Positions 1-10,988 of a stretch of DNA of 64,000 bases are shown piece after piece. Below the pieces are notes generated by a model. The model saw nothing but the letters and a program-made list of their open reading frames with translations, searched no databases and was not told the origin of the DNA. A program made the translations under genes and the position numbers. Every line of letters starts with the position of its first letter. Positions within the stretch are counted from its first letter, which is position 1. Source of the DNA: Rebecca billardiae RCC1528 (lineage: Eukaryota; Protista; Haptophyta); contig OZ251234.1 of assembly GCA_965240325.2 (NCBI GenBank), positions 1,984,001 through 2,048,000 on the forward strand. The letters are read 5' to 3'.

Positions 1-1425
1 TCGCGTGCAGGTCGAACGGGGGCTATATCGACGCGTTTTGAGCGGTACGCTCGGCGCGTCGACACGATCGTGCGACCTGGGGCGATCCTCGCCCGACGTG
101 CACGTCGAAAGCTCGCACCGGCCATAGCATCATGCGCTGCGCACGATGGCCGCCTCGCGCGATCCACCGTCGCGCGTCGGGCTCGGTGCGGAAACGCATT
201 CATCACGAGGCGTCTCGCGGGCGGGAAGCGCCATCGCACGCGACGCAAGCTTTGGCGCGGCCTTCTGAACACCATAACCGGAATCCACACACCGGACTGT
301 CGCGTGCCCCGGTTGGCAAGGTCGGGCGCATGCAAATCCGTTTGCTACGGTCGGTGGTGTTCCAGGGCGAGCGATCATCTTTCGCGCTCGCGAGCTCGCT
401 CGGCGCCCGCTCGGCGCCTGACGGTGAGGGCCCACGTCCAGCCTGCATGGCGTCGACGGTGGCCAGTGCGACGGAGGCGCAGCGCGAAGCGGCGTACGAG
501 GCGCACCGCACGCACCTGCCGGTTCTGCCGCCGTGGCCGGAATCGCGTCTTCGCGAGTCGGCGACTGAGGCGACAGCGCGCTATCACAAATCCCAGGTGC
601 GCATCTGCGCCGAGATGAAACGTCGCGCGTGCAAGATCGCCGCGCCATCCTTGTCCATGACACGGGCGCTGCGGGACGAGGCCAACGTCGTGAAGCCGGT
701 GACGCATGCGCTGCGCTTCCTGTGCCTGCTCGAGCAGCGCGTGCCCACCCTCGATCGCGAGTGGCACACGCTCTCGCACTGCGCGCGCGCGCACCGCACT
801 TCCAGACGACCTAAACAAATGAAACATGACATCACACTCCGCCACCACTGTTTAGCTCCGAGGACATTGAACCGTCACCGTCAGGCGTCACAAGCAAGCC
901 GCCGTCGCACGCCAAGTATTAAGTAATCAATCAGTTGGCAGTGCGTGCGCGCAGTCGACGGCTCGGCACGATGACGAGTAGCGCCGTGGGTGCACGAACA
1001 CACGCGCAAGATTCACACTGTCGGTGAGATCACCAGAGTCATCTGTCGCGTTATTATTCGTCAGTGAGTCAGGTAGCTCACCATCATCTTCAATCTGTGT
1101 GTCGCATTGTTATTCGTCATCCTGCCCGTCAAAACGCTAAATAAAAGGCGCGAACCCGCTGGGGAAATATTGCGACAGCACTGGCACGGCCCGCCGACCC
1201 CCCCCGCCCGCCAGGGCAGAGTTTAAATAAAGGGGAGAAAAAAAAAGAACTGGCTGCAAGGGGGTTCAATCAAGGATTGAACCCCGCTGGCTGTTGCGGA
1301 CCCTGTCGCTGGACACCCTTGCCCTGGACAGATCCACACCCTTGCTCCAAGTTCAAAGTAGCTTTCGCTCTTCGAGTGCTGACACGCGGATTTGGACCCT
1401 CCCGCGCGCGCGGCGTGCTGCGCAG

Positions 1426-1959
1426 GCGAGGAGGGCGTCCCGTGTCCGCGGCCGGCGAAGAAGAGGTGCAGGGCACCGCCTGCGCCACCGCCGCCGCTGT
1501 GCACCGCCCTCGCCGGGCCCGGCGTGCCGAGAAGTCCGCCGACGCCGGCGCCGCTCACGAACGGTGCGCCCGCTCGGATCTGACTCTATCTGACCTGCGC
1601 GTGCGCGCGTGCGCGTGCGCGGCGAGGCGCGGGCGGATTGCGGGATCGGGCTTCGTAGCATTGCTCCAGGGCCATGCCCCCACCGTGCCCGCACGCGTTT
1701 AGCTCGCTCAGCCCTCCACAGCGCTCCAGTAAACTCGCCAAGTGGTTTGCGCTCGCGGATTGGTGACGCGTCGACTCACACGTGGAATCGCCCGCTCCCG
1801 CGCGCGCGGCGTGTTGCGCAGGCGAGGAGGTCGTCTCGCGTCAGCGGACGGCGTGGCAGAGGTGCAAGAGCCCGCCCGCGCCGCCGCCGCCGCAGTGTGC
1901 CGCCCGTACCACGCCTGGCGTGCCGATGAGTCTGCCGACGCCGGCGCCGCTCACGAACG
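1426..1959 (+). repeat. Two diverged tandem copies of a 138-bp exon-like unit (1426-1563, 1822-1959)
   Basis: Both units are 138 nt, preceded by GCGCAG and followed by GT (GTGCGC, GTGGGC). They translate GEEGVPCPRPAKKRCRAPP...PAPLTN and GEEVVSRQRTAWQRCKSPP...PAPLTN. Confidence 0.75.
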
Positions 1960-2039
1960 GTGGGCTTGCGCCGTTCGTCGCAACCACCCGCACGCACACT
2001 GGAGCGCGGCGTCGTCGCACGGCAAGGCCGACGGGCGGC

Positions 2040-2598
2040 GGTTGAAGGCGCACATCCTGGCCCCGCACGCGTGGGAGATCGCTAAGCGCGCCGCGGAGTG
2101 GGCGCTCGAGGGCACGCCGCCGTGCGTGATGGCGAATTTGGATCCGCGCATCTCACGACCACGAGGGCGTGCGCGTGCTCCAAACCGTGCTGATCACCGA
2201 GCTGGCTCACCTGTCGCGGCGGCTGGGGTTCGGGGGGCTGGTGAAGGCGGACGCGTCGGTGGCGAGCGTGCGGGCGAGCGCGAAGGGCACCATGGACGCC
2301 GTGATCGAGACCGAGCTCTCTCGCCCCACACCTAGCTCAAGCCGAGGACGCGTGGCGGCGGCGCGAGTGAGCGGTGATGCGCAAGTGGATCGCGTCGATC
2401 AACTCGGCCGGCCGCGCGTCGATGCCAGAGGGCCGCTACCCGCCGGAGGAGCCAGCGGGCAGCGTGACGTACACTCGCTCGCTCACGATGCATGGCAAGA
2501 AGGCGGGCAAGCTGCTCAAGCAGCAGCTCCTCCGCGTGCTGCGCAAGGTGACGAAGAAGCAGCGCACGGCGGCGGCGGTGGCGGCAACGACGCGTTGA
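2040..2598 (+). pseudogene. Frameshifted coding remnant, unknown protein
   Basis: Protein-like stretches (WEIAKRAAEWALEG; VLQTVLITELAHLSRRL; MRKWIASINS...KLLKQQLLRVLRKVTKK) are spread over three successive frames. Confidence 0.3.
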
Positions 2599-3004
2599 GC
2601 CGCGCGTCGTCGCTCGCTGCGCCCGGCAGCGGCCGCGGCCGCGGTGCCGCCGCAGCCGCCGCCGTGGCCGGTGGCTGCGGCCGCGGTGGCGGCGGCGGCG
2701 CGGCACGCGCGGCGGGGTGGTAGCGAGCCCTGCCACGCCGGTGGACGAGGCCTCCGTGGCAGCGCGCGTCCGCTCGGCGGCTCCTTGGACCTGTCCGGCC
2801 GCGGCGCGCGGGCGATCATCACGCTGCGAGGCGACGGCTCACGGCTGCACGCGAGCCGTCAGCAGCCGCAGCACACCCGCATGCAGCATCGAGCGAGCTG
2901 TCGAGCGCGAGGCGGGCGGGGTCGCATGCGCCCGCGGTATGCGCGCCGCACGCTGTTTGGCCGTAGCCAGCCGCCCACCGGCGAAGCGGCGCAGCCGGCC
3001 GGCC

Positions 3005-4350
3005 CGCCGGTGGCCGGCGGGCCGACCGGCGCACCAGGCCGTGCCGCGCAATCGGCTCGGACTGCTCCGGCCGCGCGCCGCGTCGAGTGCCTCGGCCGCC
3101 GTGCCGCCGATTCTCTCGATGCCCTCCGCAGGCGTGGGGGCCGCGCTAGCACCGCCTTTACTCTGCGCATGCGCGGCGACCGCCGCGCATCCGAGTGCCG
3201 CTTCGAGATCAACCATCTCGCAGCTCAGCTCCGCGGCCAGCGAGCACGCGCACCGCAGCGGCTCCGAGGCGGCAACGGCGCGCGCTCGCAGCTCGAGGCG
3301 AGAGTCGTGACTCAGCAACAGGGCGAGACGAGGTCGAGGACCAGCGCACAGGTGGGCGAGGCCACGCTGCGTAAGGCCTACGCGCGTGACGTGCCCGCGT
3401 TCGCCCGTCTGCTTGCCCTCAGCCCGGGCTCGAGGCAGCGCGCGCCGGCCAGCGCGCCGGTGGCCGGCGGGCGCCGGCCGCGCCGCGCAATCGGCTCGGA
3501 CTGCCCCGGCCGCGCGCCGCGCCGAGTGCCTCGGCCGCCGTGCCGCTGATTCTCTCGATGCCCGCCGCAGGCGTGGGTGCAACGCCGGCACTGCCATTTT
3601 CCGGCGCATGCATGACGACCGCCGCGCATCCATGTGCCGCTTCGAGGTCGACAATCTCGAAGCTCAGCTCCGCGCGGCCAGCGAGCACGCGTAGCGCGGC
3701 GGCTCTCGTCAGGCGGCGACGGCGCGCGCTCGCAGCTCGAGGCAAGAGTCGTGACTCAGCTATAGGGCGATCTGACGAGGTCGAGGACCAGCGCACAGGT
3801 GGCCGGGGCCGTGCTGCGCAAGACCCACCCGCGTCACGCGCCCGCGTTCGCTCGTCTGCTTACGCTCAGCCCGGGCTCGAGGCAGCGCGCGCCGCCCGGC
3901 GCGCCGGTGGCCGGCGGGCCGACCATGCGCCGGCTGCGCCGCGCAATCGGCTCGGACTGCTCCGGCCGCGCGCCGCGTCGAGTGCCTCGGCTGCCGTGCC
4001 GCCGATTCTCTCGATGCCCGCCGCATGCGTGGGGGGCGCACCAGCACCGACTTTGCCCGGCGCATGCGCGACGACCGCCGCGCATCCGTCTGCCCCTTCG
4101 AGATCGCAACAATCTCGAAGCTCAGCTCCGCGCGGCCAGCGAGCACGCGCAGCGCAGCGGCTCTCAGGCGGCGACGGAGCGCGCTCGCAGCTCGAGGCGA
4201 GAGTGACTGAGCTATAGGGCGATCTGACGAGGTCGAGGACCAGCGCACAGGTGGCCGGGGCCGACGCTGCGCAAGGCCTACGCGCGTGACGTGCCCGCGT
4301 TCGCCCGTCTGCTCACGCACGCTCAGCCCGGGCTCGAGGCAGCGCGCGCC
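3005..4350. repeat. Diverged tandem repeat, about 3 x 450 bp
   Basis: The block GCCGGTGGCCGGCGGGC...GCAATCGGCTCGGACTG...GATTCTCTCGATGCC...GAGGTCGAGGACCAGCGCACAGGTGG recurs near 3006, 3456 and 3903. Confidence 0.85.
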
Positions 4351-5582
4351 GCGTGCTGGTTCGGCTGCAATCGCGAGCGTGCAACGGGCGGCGTGCAGAG
4401 CTCGCCGGCGACGCGCATGCGCGCCGCCAGCAGCCCTACCGCGAGCCCGCTCACCTCGTCGGCTCGCTCGTGCCGGACGGTCGGGCGACGGACGACTGCT
4501 TGGTGGCGCTGGACGCGCGTCTCTCCGGCGACAGTGGTCGGGTGGCGCGTGCCGTCGATACTCGTGAGCTGGTCGTACCCGCTGCTCAGCATCGGCGCGC
4601 AGACGGAGGGCGCGTTGCGGCTGGGCACAAGGACGAGGGCATGTGTCGGCTCGGTGTGCTAGCGGCATGCGTCGCGCGCCGTTCACACGCCCGCGCGCGT
4701 GGTCCCGCCCATCCCATGCCCCAATGAGTGCACACGCCTCACATCCAGCGGCTGACCAGGTGTCCACTGCGACTGACCTGTCGAGCGCTCGCCCGGCTCG
4801 CCGCTCGCGACCGGCCGCTCGATCGGCTCGAGCGCGCGCGCGCGCGCGCGCCGCACGCGCACGATGCCGACTGCGACTCTGGGGCCGGGAGAGGCGACCG
4901 TCAACCTGTTCGTGTGGTTCGGAGTGCAGTACGCGCTCCGCCGAGCACGTCGGCGATGATGGCTGGTGGCGCGCCGCTGAGTGCTGCTCGTCACTACAGG
5001 GCCGCTGGCGACGTGAATAATTAATCCGAATTTCGTCCGGACAGGTTACCGTGACGCTTTTTTTGATTTTCTTTTATTATTATGTAATAACGACGTGACG
5101 GTATGCAATAGTAACTGGCAAGCGTCAGGCTCAGAGAGTGCAGCAGACACATAGAATCAGAATGCGTCCGCGCTGCCTTCCAACCACTAACCAGGACCAG
5201 GTCAGGCGCAGTGCGCCACCCGCAGCCCTGCCCCTCGGCCTCTGACGGGGAGCCTCGCCAAACAGCGGTTGAGGTGGTAGTTCTCGGATCCGCGTATCTC
5301 GAGTCGTGGCTGAGGCAGGCAGTAACAGTCACCACAGGTGACTCCGCACTGCTCCGCCAGATGATACGCCGATGATGATGGTACTACACTATCACAATGG
5401 GATATTTGTGCGACGGCACGTCGGGGCGTGATGCCGCCGACGGAGCAGTGCACGACGCTCTGCGGCTGCGCTGCGCAGAGAGGTCCCATCTGGGGGAGGA
5501 GCCTCCCATTGTGATGTTGAAGATGATGACAATGACGATGATGAGGATGATCGGCAAGTCCAAACTGGCAAACGGCCACCGT

Positions 5583-5725
5583 CGCGCCGCGAGAGGCAGG
5601 GCCCGCTCGAGCGGTGGGGCGTGAGCCGCGCGCCGCCGGAGAGGCAGGGCCCGCTCGAGCGGTGGGGCGTGAGCCGCGCGCCGAGAGAGGCAGGGCCCGC
5701 TCGAGCGGCGGGGCGTGAGCCGCGC
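5583..5725. repeat. Minisatellite, about 3 x 47 bp
   Basis: GAGAGGCAGGGCCCGCTCGAGCGG(T/C)GGGGCGTGAGCCGCGC occurs three times in tandem. Confidence 0.9.
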
Positions 5726-5876
5726 AGAGGCAGCACCGGCTTGACAGGCGCCCCACAGCCGAGGACACACTCAGTTATTAATGTGCCAATAACCCTGACA
5801 CGACATATACATATATATATATATATATACATATATTGTTAGTCAGTGACAGTAGTCGTCGCCGCTGCGAATGAGT

Positions 5877-6968
5877 TCAGACGAGCCTGCTGTCCGCTTG
5901 ACGATGACGATGGCGTAGTCGTTGCTCCGCCCAGCTTGCTGACGCCACCTTCCGCACTCGATCCATCCAATGGCCCATGAGCAACTTGGGGTGAGGACGC
6001 TTTGGATAGTCTGCCATCTTGGGTGCCAGTGCGCGCATCCACGTGGTCAAGTTGGCCTCATGCAAGTCGTCCCACCTGTCGATCACCGCGACTGGGAACT
6101 GCTCGTAGAGCGGCTCGGTCAAGTGCTGCCCACGCAAGACGATGGGGATCGTTCCCAGCAGGACTGCCTCATAGAAGCGATGCGTGTCCAGCCCATTGCC
6201 CTCAGGGCACAGCTCAAAAGCGTACTGGGCGTGCAGCTTCCACGCTTCCAGCTCCGACATCCGTTTGCTGGCAAAGTCTATGAACGTCCTGTTCTTCAAC
6301 GTCCGCCACATCTCCATCCGCGTGCCTGGGCCCAATCTCGACTCCGACTTCACACCTGCTGTCACGCGATACCCTGCAGTGAAGTGGGCAGTCGACAGCA
6401 CGCGCAGCTGGCGCTTGTGCACAGGAGGCAGCCCCTCTGCGATGCTGCGAAGCTTGGTCTCGAGCGAACGGGTCGCCAAGTTGCCGGCAAAGCCAATCGG
6501 GGCGATCACCAGTTTTGGGTGCACTGTCAGCATGTCATTCCAGTTCTCAGCCACGAGAGCGAGCAGGTTTGGGTGGTCCAGCAGCTTGTAGCGCACACTT
6601 GAGCCACGACAGAGAGGCACCTCGAAGTTGTATGCGGACAAGCAGGTCGAACGATGCGGGTGGTCGGCTGTGTGGAGGATGAACTTGCTGCTGTTTTTGG
6701 GAGCGAAGTCGCGCAGCTGATTTATCTGCACGAACAAGTTGTGCTGCAGCTGTTCAAACACCCTTCTCTTGCGCAAGCGTGTGACGAGGGCGTTCGCCCA
6801 CCGTCCCCGAAGGTAGGTCCACGCGGGACCAAAGTCGAGGACAGCACTGTCGCCAGTCTTCGAGATCGTCGTGACAGTCCCACCCGGCTCCCGGGCCTCT
6901 GCGACGCAGAGGCAGATGAGCTGGAGCAGCAAGGCAAGAGGGCGAAAGGCGCAGCGAGGCCCCCGCAT
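5877..6968 (-). CDS. Exostosin/GT47-like glycosyltransferase, secretory pathway, intronless
   Basis: 363-aa ORF with N-terminal signal peptide (LALLLQLICLCVAEA) and a GT47-type C-terminal motif YAFELCPEGNGLDTHRFYEAVLLGTIPIV...YEQFPVAVIDRWDDL. Confidence 0.75.
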   Translation of the reverse strand: MRGPRCAFRPLALLLQLICLCVAEAREPGGTVTTISKTGDSAVLDFGPAWTYLRGRWANALVTRLRKRRVFEQLQHNLFVQINQLRDFAPKNSSKFILHTADHPHRSTCLSAYNFEVPLCRGSSVRYKLLDHPNLLALVAENWNDMLTVHPKLVIAPIGFAGNLATRSLETKLRSIAEGLPPVHKRQLRVLSTAHFTAGYRVTAGVKSESRLGPGTRMEMWRTLKNRTFIDFASKRMSELEAWKLHAQYAFELCPEGNGLDTHRFYEAVLLGTIPIVLRGQHLTEPLYEQFPVAVIDRWDDLHEANLTTWMRALAPKMADYPKRPHPKLLMGHWMDRVRKVASASWAEQRLRHRHRQADSRLV

Positions 6969-7016
6969 CACCTTGGCGACTCAAGGGTATGAGGCAGGCC
7001 TTCTGTGCCGGGGGTG

Positions 7017-7425
7017 GGTGGCACTGGGTTACCAATATGAAAATCAATAGCAAACCCAGTGCCAGGCGGGTAGCAGTGGCACTGGGTCCCCATATGTCAT
7101 CATAGAAGAAGTGGCACTTTTTAAATTCCCCTTTATAACGGGCTCCGGGTGATCAGACTGGCGGCCGAAGCCTCCAGCCCTACCCTGGCCAGCCCCCAAC
7201 CAACCACCACCCTCACCCAACCTCAAACCACTGACCGATACACCGAGTGCCTTGACACCACTCCGCTGTGGACAGCCCGCCTCCAGAGGGGGCGGGGGTA
7301 TGCCATTGCCGACAGCATACAAGCCCAACACTGTGGGGTGGTCCCAGGTTAGAAGGGTGGCAAGAAGGGTGGCACTGGGTCACTTAGAGGTGGCACTGGG
7401 TTCGAATAGAGGTGGCACTGGGTTC
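7017..7425. repeat. Cluster of GTGGCACTGGGT motifs, possibly a transposon subterminal region
   Basis: Motif at about 7018, 7076, 7369, 7390 and 7412, partial at 7111, and one inverted copy (ACCCAGTGCCA) at about 7053. Confidence 0.65.
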
Positions 7426-9403
7426 AATAGAGAAGCCGCTCGCTCATACCAAACACCAGTCTCCAGATATGGACGAAAGTTGCGACGGTTCGCGAAGCGC
7501 ACCGGCCCTCGCCAGCGCGGCCCGGTTTGGCACGACGCGTCAACGCATCATGTCTTTCGTCAGCCACGCTCGTGCGGGTTCCGCGGCCTGCGGGCGTTCC
7601 AGCGGCTTGATATCCCGATGCGATGCGATGCATCGTGAGCAGGGAGCTCTGCTCAACCCTTTCCGATGGCAGGATCGTCTCCTCCATCCGCTCCTCGCAG
7701 TGGCCACGCGGCCGGGTCGCAGCGCGCGCTCTCGCACGGGCGGGTGACGATGATTCGGGTGTTCCGACACCCCCATCGTCTGGCGTCTTCGCGAGTCAGG
7801 CGAGCGCTCGCCACTCTCGCATACATTTCACGTCTTGCATCGAGCTCGCCGTGTGTGGGTCGCCTGAAGCTGCGAGCGATCTTGTGGCCACTGCTACGCT
7901 CACGCCGCCAATCTGCATCGTTGTGCGGTGGTCGAGGTGCGGCCGAGCGCGCTTCAACGAGGTCAATCATCTCAACATCACAACGCCCCGCCGGGATATG
8001 CTGCCTGGGCATAACGGCGAAACGCAATCGGCTGCTGCGCACCGTCAGCTGCTGCTGCCATTTGGCGCTCACCTGCGTAGTTGTTCTCCATCTCATTGTC
8101 GTCGCGACGTAGCAGTGCAGAGTGCTGCAGTGCTCCCAAGTCCTGCTTTGCCGGCGCCGTGTTATCGTCGTCATCACGCTTCAGCTTCTGATCGGCTGAT
8201 CGGCATCATGTGCCACATGGCACGGCGCCGACTGGCGACTGCGCCGCAGCGCCGGCAGCATCGAGACTCGAGTGAGCACGCTCCAGACTCACTGATAGAA
8301 TCATACTCAGTCTGATTGAATTTACTCAGAAGTACGGATAGAGATTAGTCATTAGAGGGCCGCACGTCACGGCCGGAGCCGCTGCTTCATGTGCACCTCT
8401 CGACAGTTTGGCAGTGACAGTGATGGCACTGCCGATGACAGCAGCCAATGCAAGTTCTAAGTCTCAGGACAGGGCAGTGCATGCTGGAAGTGCGGCGTGA
8501 GTCGCTGTGCTAATGGCGCAGCGGATGGCACTGCGTGAGCGGAGCGCGGCCGGGACGCTGTCGCTTACAGCAACCCGCCTGCATCGCCCCCTCACGCCGT
8601 CTGTCGCCATGACGGTGCCAGTCCAAGCGATGCGGCTGGTGGCGGTGGGTCGAGTGTTACAGCCGATGACTGCGCTGGCGGCGGCGCTCCTCGCCAACAC
8701 CTCGGCGACGCTCAACCTGGATTATGTGTGCCCACGGCGCACGGGCGCAGCGACGCGTGCTGCGCGCGGTGTGTATCATCGCGGCGGAGGGGGAGAGAGC
8801 CGCGCGCGCGGAGCAGCACCCGCGTGCGGCGCCGCAGCAGTGGCGCCACAGCAGTGGCCGTCGCGCGAGGTTGCGGCCGTGGCCGGCGCGTGTGCCCGGC
8901 CGCGCGCACCGCCCCACTGCTGACAGTGCGTGTGGCAGGTGTGGCCGGGTGCGTGGCCGTGTGCCGCGTGGGCGAGTGGGCGCGCGCGCAATCAGGCAGG
9001 CCGCAGGGACTGTGCTGGCGTAGCAGTGGTAAGCAGCGGTGACTGCGGTGAGGCGCGCGGTAAGTACCGTTGTGGCGTGGGCTGACGGTGAGTGACACCT
9101 CCGCCGACCGCCGGTGCGGCCCGCGTGAGAGTGATAACCGCATATTCACATCCTCCGATTCCTCCCTCTCTCTTTCCTTTCTCCCTCTTTTTCCCTCCCT
9201 CTTCTCCCCCTTCTTCCTCCCTCTTCCTCCCTCTCTCTTTCCCTTTTCGCGCCGTCGCAAAGTTAAAAATGGAGTCCACCCCCGTTATAAGGGGCCTGCC
9301 GGGTATGAGATACAGGATCTACTTTCAACTTCAGGGCGGAAAGTCCGGGAGGTGACGAAACACAAGAAGTTGGTCCGCTGGGGCCGCGGGGCGCGATGGC
9401 AGC

Positions 9404-10171
9404 CGTGCCCCCGTGCGCTCGGGCGGCCACTTGCCCGCCGTGTGCGTGGCAATGTGCGCGTCAGCACCGGCTGAGACGTGCCTACGGGATGATATGGGCT
9501 ATGGACGTCCCATCAGTGCGCTTGAATGACCGTGTTGCCTGCGTGTGATGCAGTACGCGTGCACCGCTGTGCTTGTTCGCCCGTGCTCGTCGCTTGCGCC
9601 GAACGCGCGGCTAGCACGAGGTTGTGCTCGGTGAGCGAGTACTGACTGAAGCCACCAAGCGTTTGTGTGAGATGATGCCGCTCTCTCAACGGTTCACCAT
9701 CTCCACGGTAGCGTCGCATCGCATCTCTCGGGGCACTTCGAAGCACGCATGCTGCATGGTGTATTCCGCGCGCAAAGGTATTTCAAATTGAGCAGCAATG
9801 GCCTGTCTATTGGTGTAATGCTTGAGACAGCTTGGCATGCGTGCTCCTCCGGAGAATGCAGCTGTAGGGGATGGTGCAGCGGCAGGAGCAAGGGCAGATG
9901 CCATGTACATGCCGTCAACGGCCCAAGTCGGTACTCGCTCACCGAGCACAACCTCGTGCCAGCCGCGCGTTCGGCGCAAGCGACGAGCACGGGCGAACAA
10001 GCACAGCGGTGCACGCGTACTGCATCACACGCGCGCAACACGGTCATTCAAGCGCACTGATGGGACGTTCATAGCCCATATCATCCCGTAGGCACGTCTC
10101 AGCCGGTGCTGACGCGCACTCATTGCCACGCACACGGCGGGCAAGTGGCCGCCCGAGCGCACGGGGGCACG
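9404..10171. mobile_element. Foldback/MITE-like element with about 245-bp inverted arms
   Basis: 9404-9647 is the near-perfect reverse complement of 9926-10171, with a spacer of about 280 bp. No clear TSD. Confidence 0.7.
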
Positions 10172-10407
10172 CCCGATATATGTAGATCAACCACACGCAG
10201 CGGGTCCGGGATAGGCACTGGCACCCTCTTCTCCGGTCGGCCGCCGGCTGCATCGCCTCGGTGGGCGATGCAGCAGGTGGACGCCGCTGCACCCATCTGG
10301 CCCTTGGCGCTGGCCTCCTCCGTGCCCCTCGCTCCACCCTAGGTGGGGCAGGGGGTGCGGGGTGTGACGAGCCCAGGGGCCAGGTTCCCCAGCATCAAGC
10401 ACTGCAT

Positions 10408-10695
10408 CTGCAGCAGCCCGCCGGCGGGCAGGGCTGCGACGTCGACTACTGTACAACCTCATCCGCAGCTTCATCGCCCAGAGCGCACTAGGCGGCGCGC
10501 TCACTCTCCAAGCCCCTCTTCTGCAGCTGCGCGCCGCTTGGCCGGCGCGCGGCGACGCATACTACGACCTCATCCTCATCCAGGCGCCCTCGCGGGCGCA
10601 CGGGGGCGACAGCCGCGGCTGCCGTCTGCCGCAGCTGCTCGCCGCTAGGTCGGCGGGCGGCGACATTGACTACGACCTCACCCTCATCCAAGTGC
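10408..10695 (+). repeat. Degenerate repeat, about 3 x 110 bp
   Basis: GCAGC...GCGAC...ACTAC...CCTCATCC units near 10408, 10521 and 10630. Confidence 0.5.
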
Positions 10696-10911
10696 TCCGG
10701 AAGGCCCTCATCTGCCGTCGCCGCCGCGTGCCCCAGGCCGAGGCGGTGCTCCATCCCGGCCCTGCTCCCTCAGGGGGGCAGGGCTGCGGGTGGCGCACTG
10801 CCTGACCTGGTTGGAAGGCGCGGACGCATTCTGTTCTATGTGTCTGCTGCACTAGCTCTACTGAGCCTGACGCTTGCCCGTTGCATACCACGTCGTTAAA
10901 TATATGTAGTT

Positions 10912-10938
10912 TGTGTGTGTGTGTGATGTGTGTTATAT

Positions 10939-10986
<48 letters not shown>
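10912..10986. repeat. (GT)n microsatellite
   Basis: Long TG dinucleotide run seen directly. Confidence 0.95.

Positions 10987-10988
<2 letters not shown>

Noticed and set aside
70-5024. Many long Arg/Ala/Pro-rich ORFs here and antisense to real genes throughout the window
   Set aside because: Expected stop-codon scarcity at very high GC; no recognisable domains.
5583-7425. CRISPR array from the 47-bp repeats or the GTGGCACTGGG motifs
   Set aside because: No unique, regularly sized spacers, no cas genes, and a eukaryotic context.
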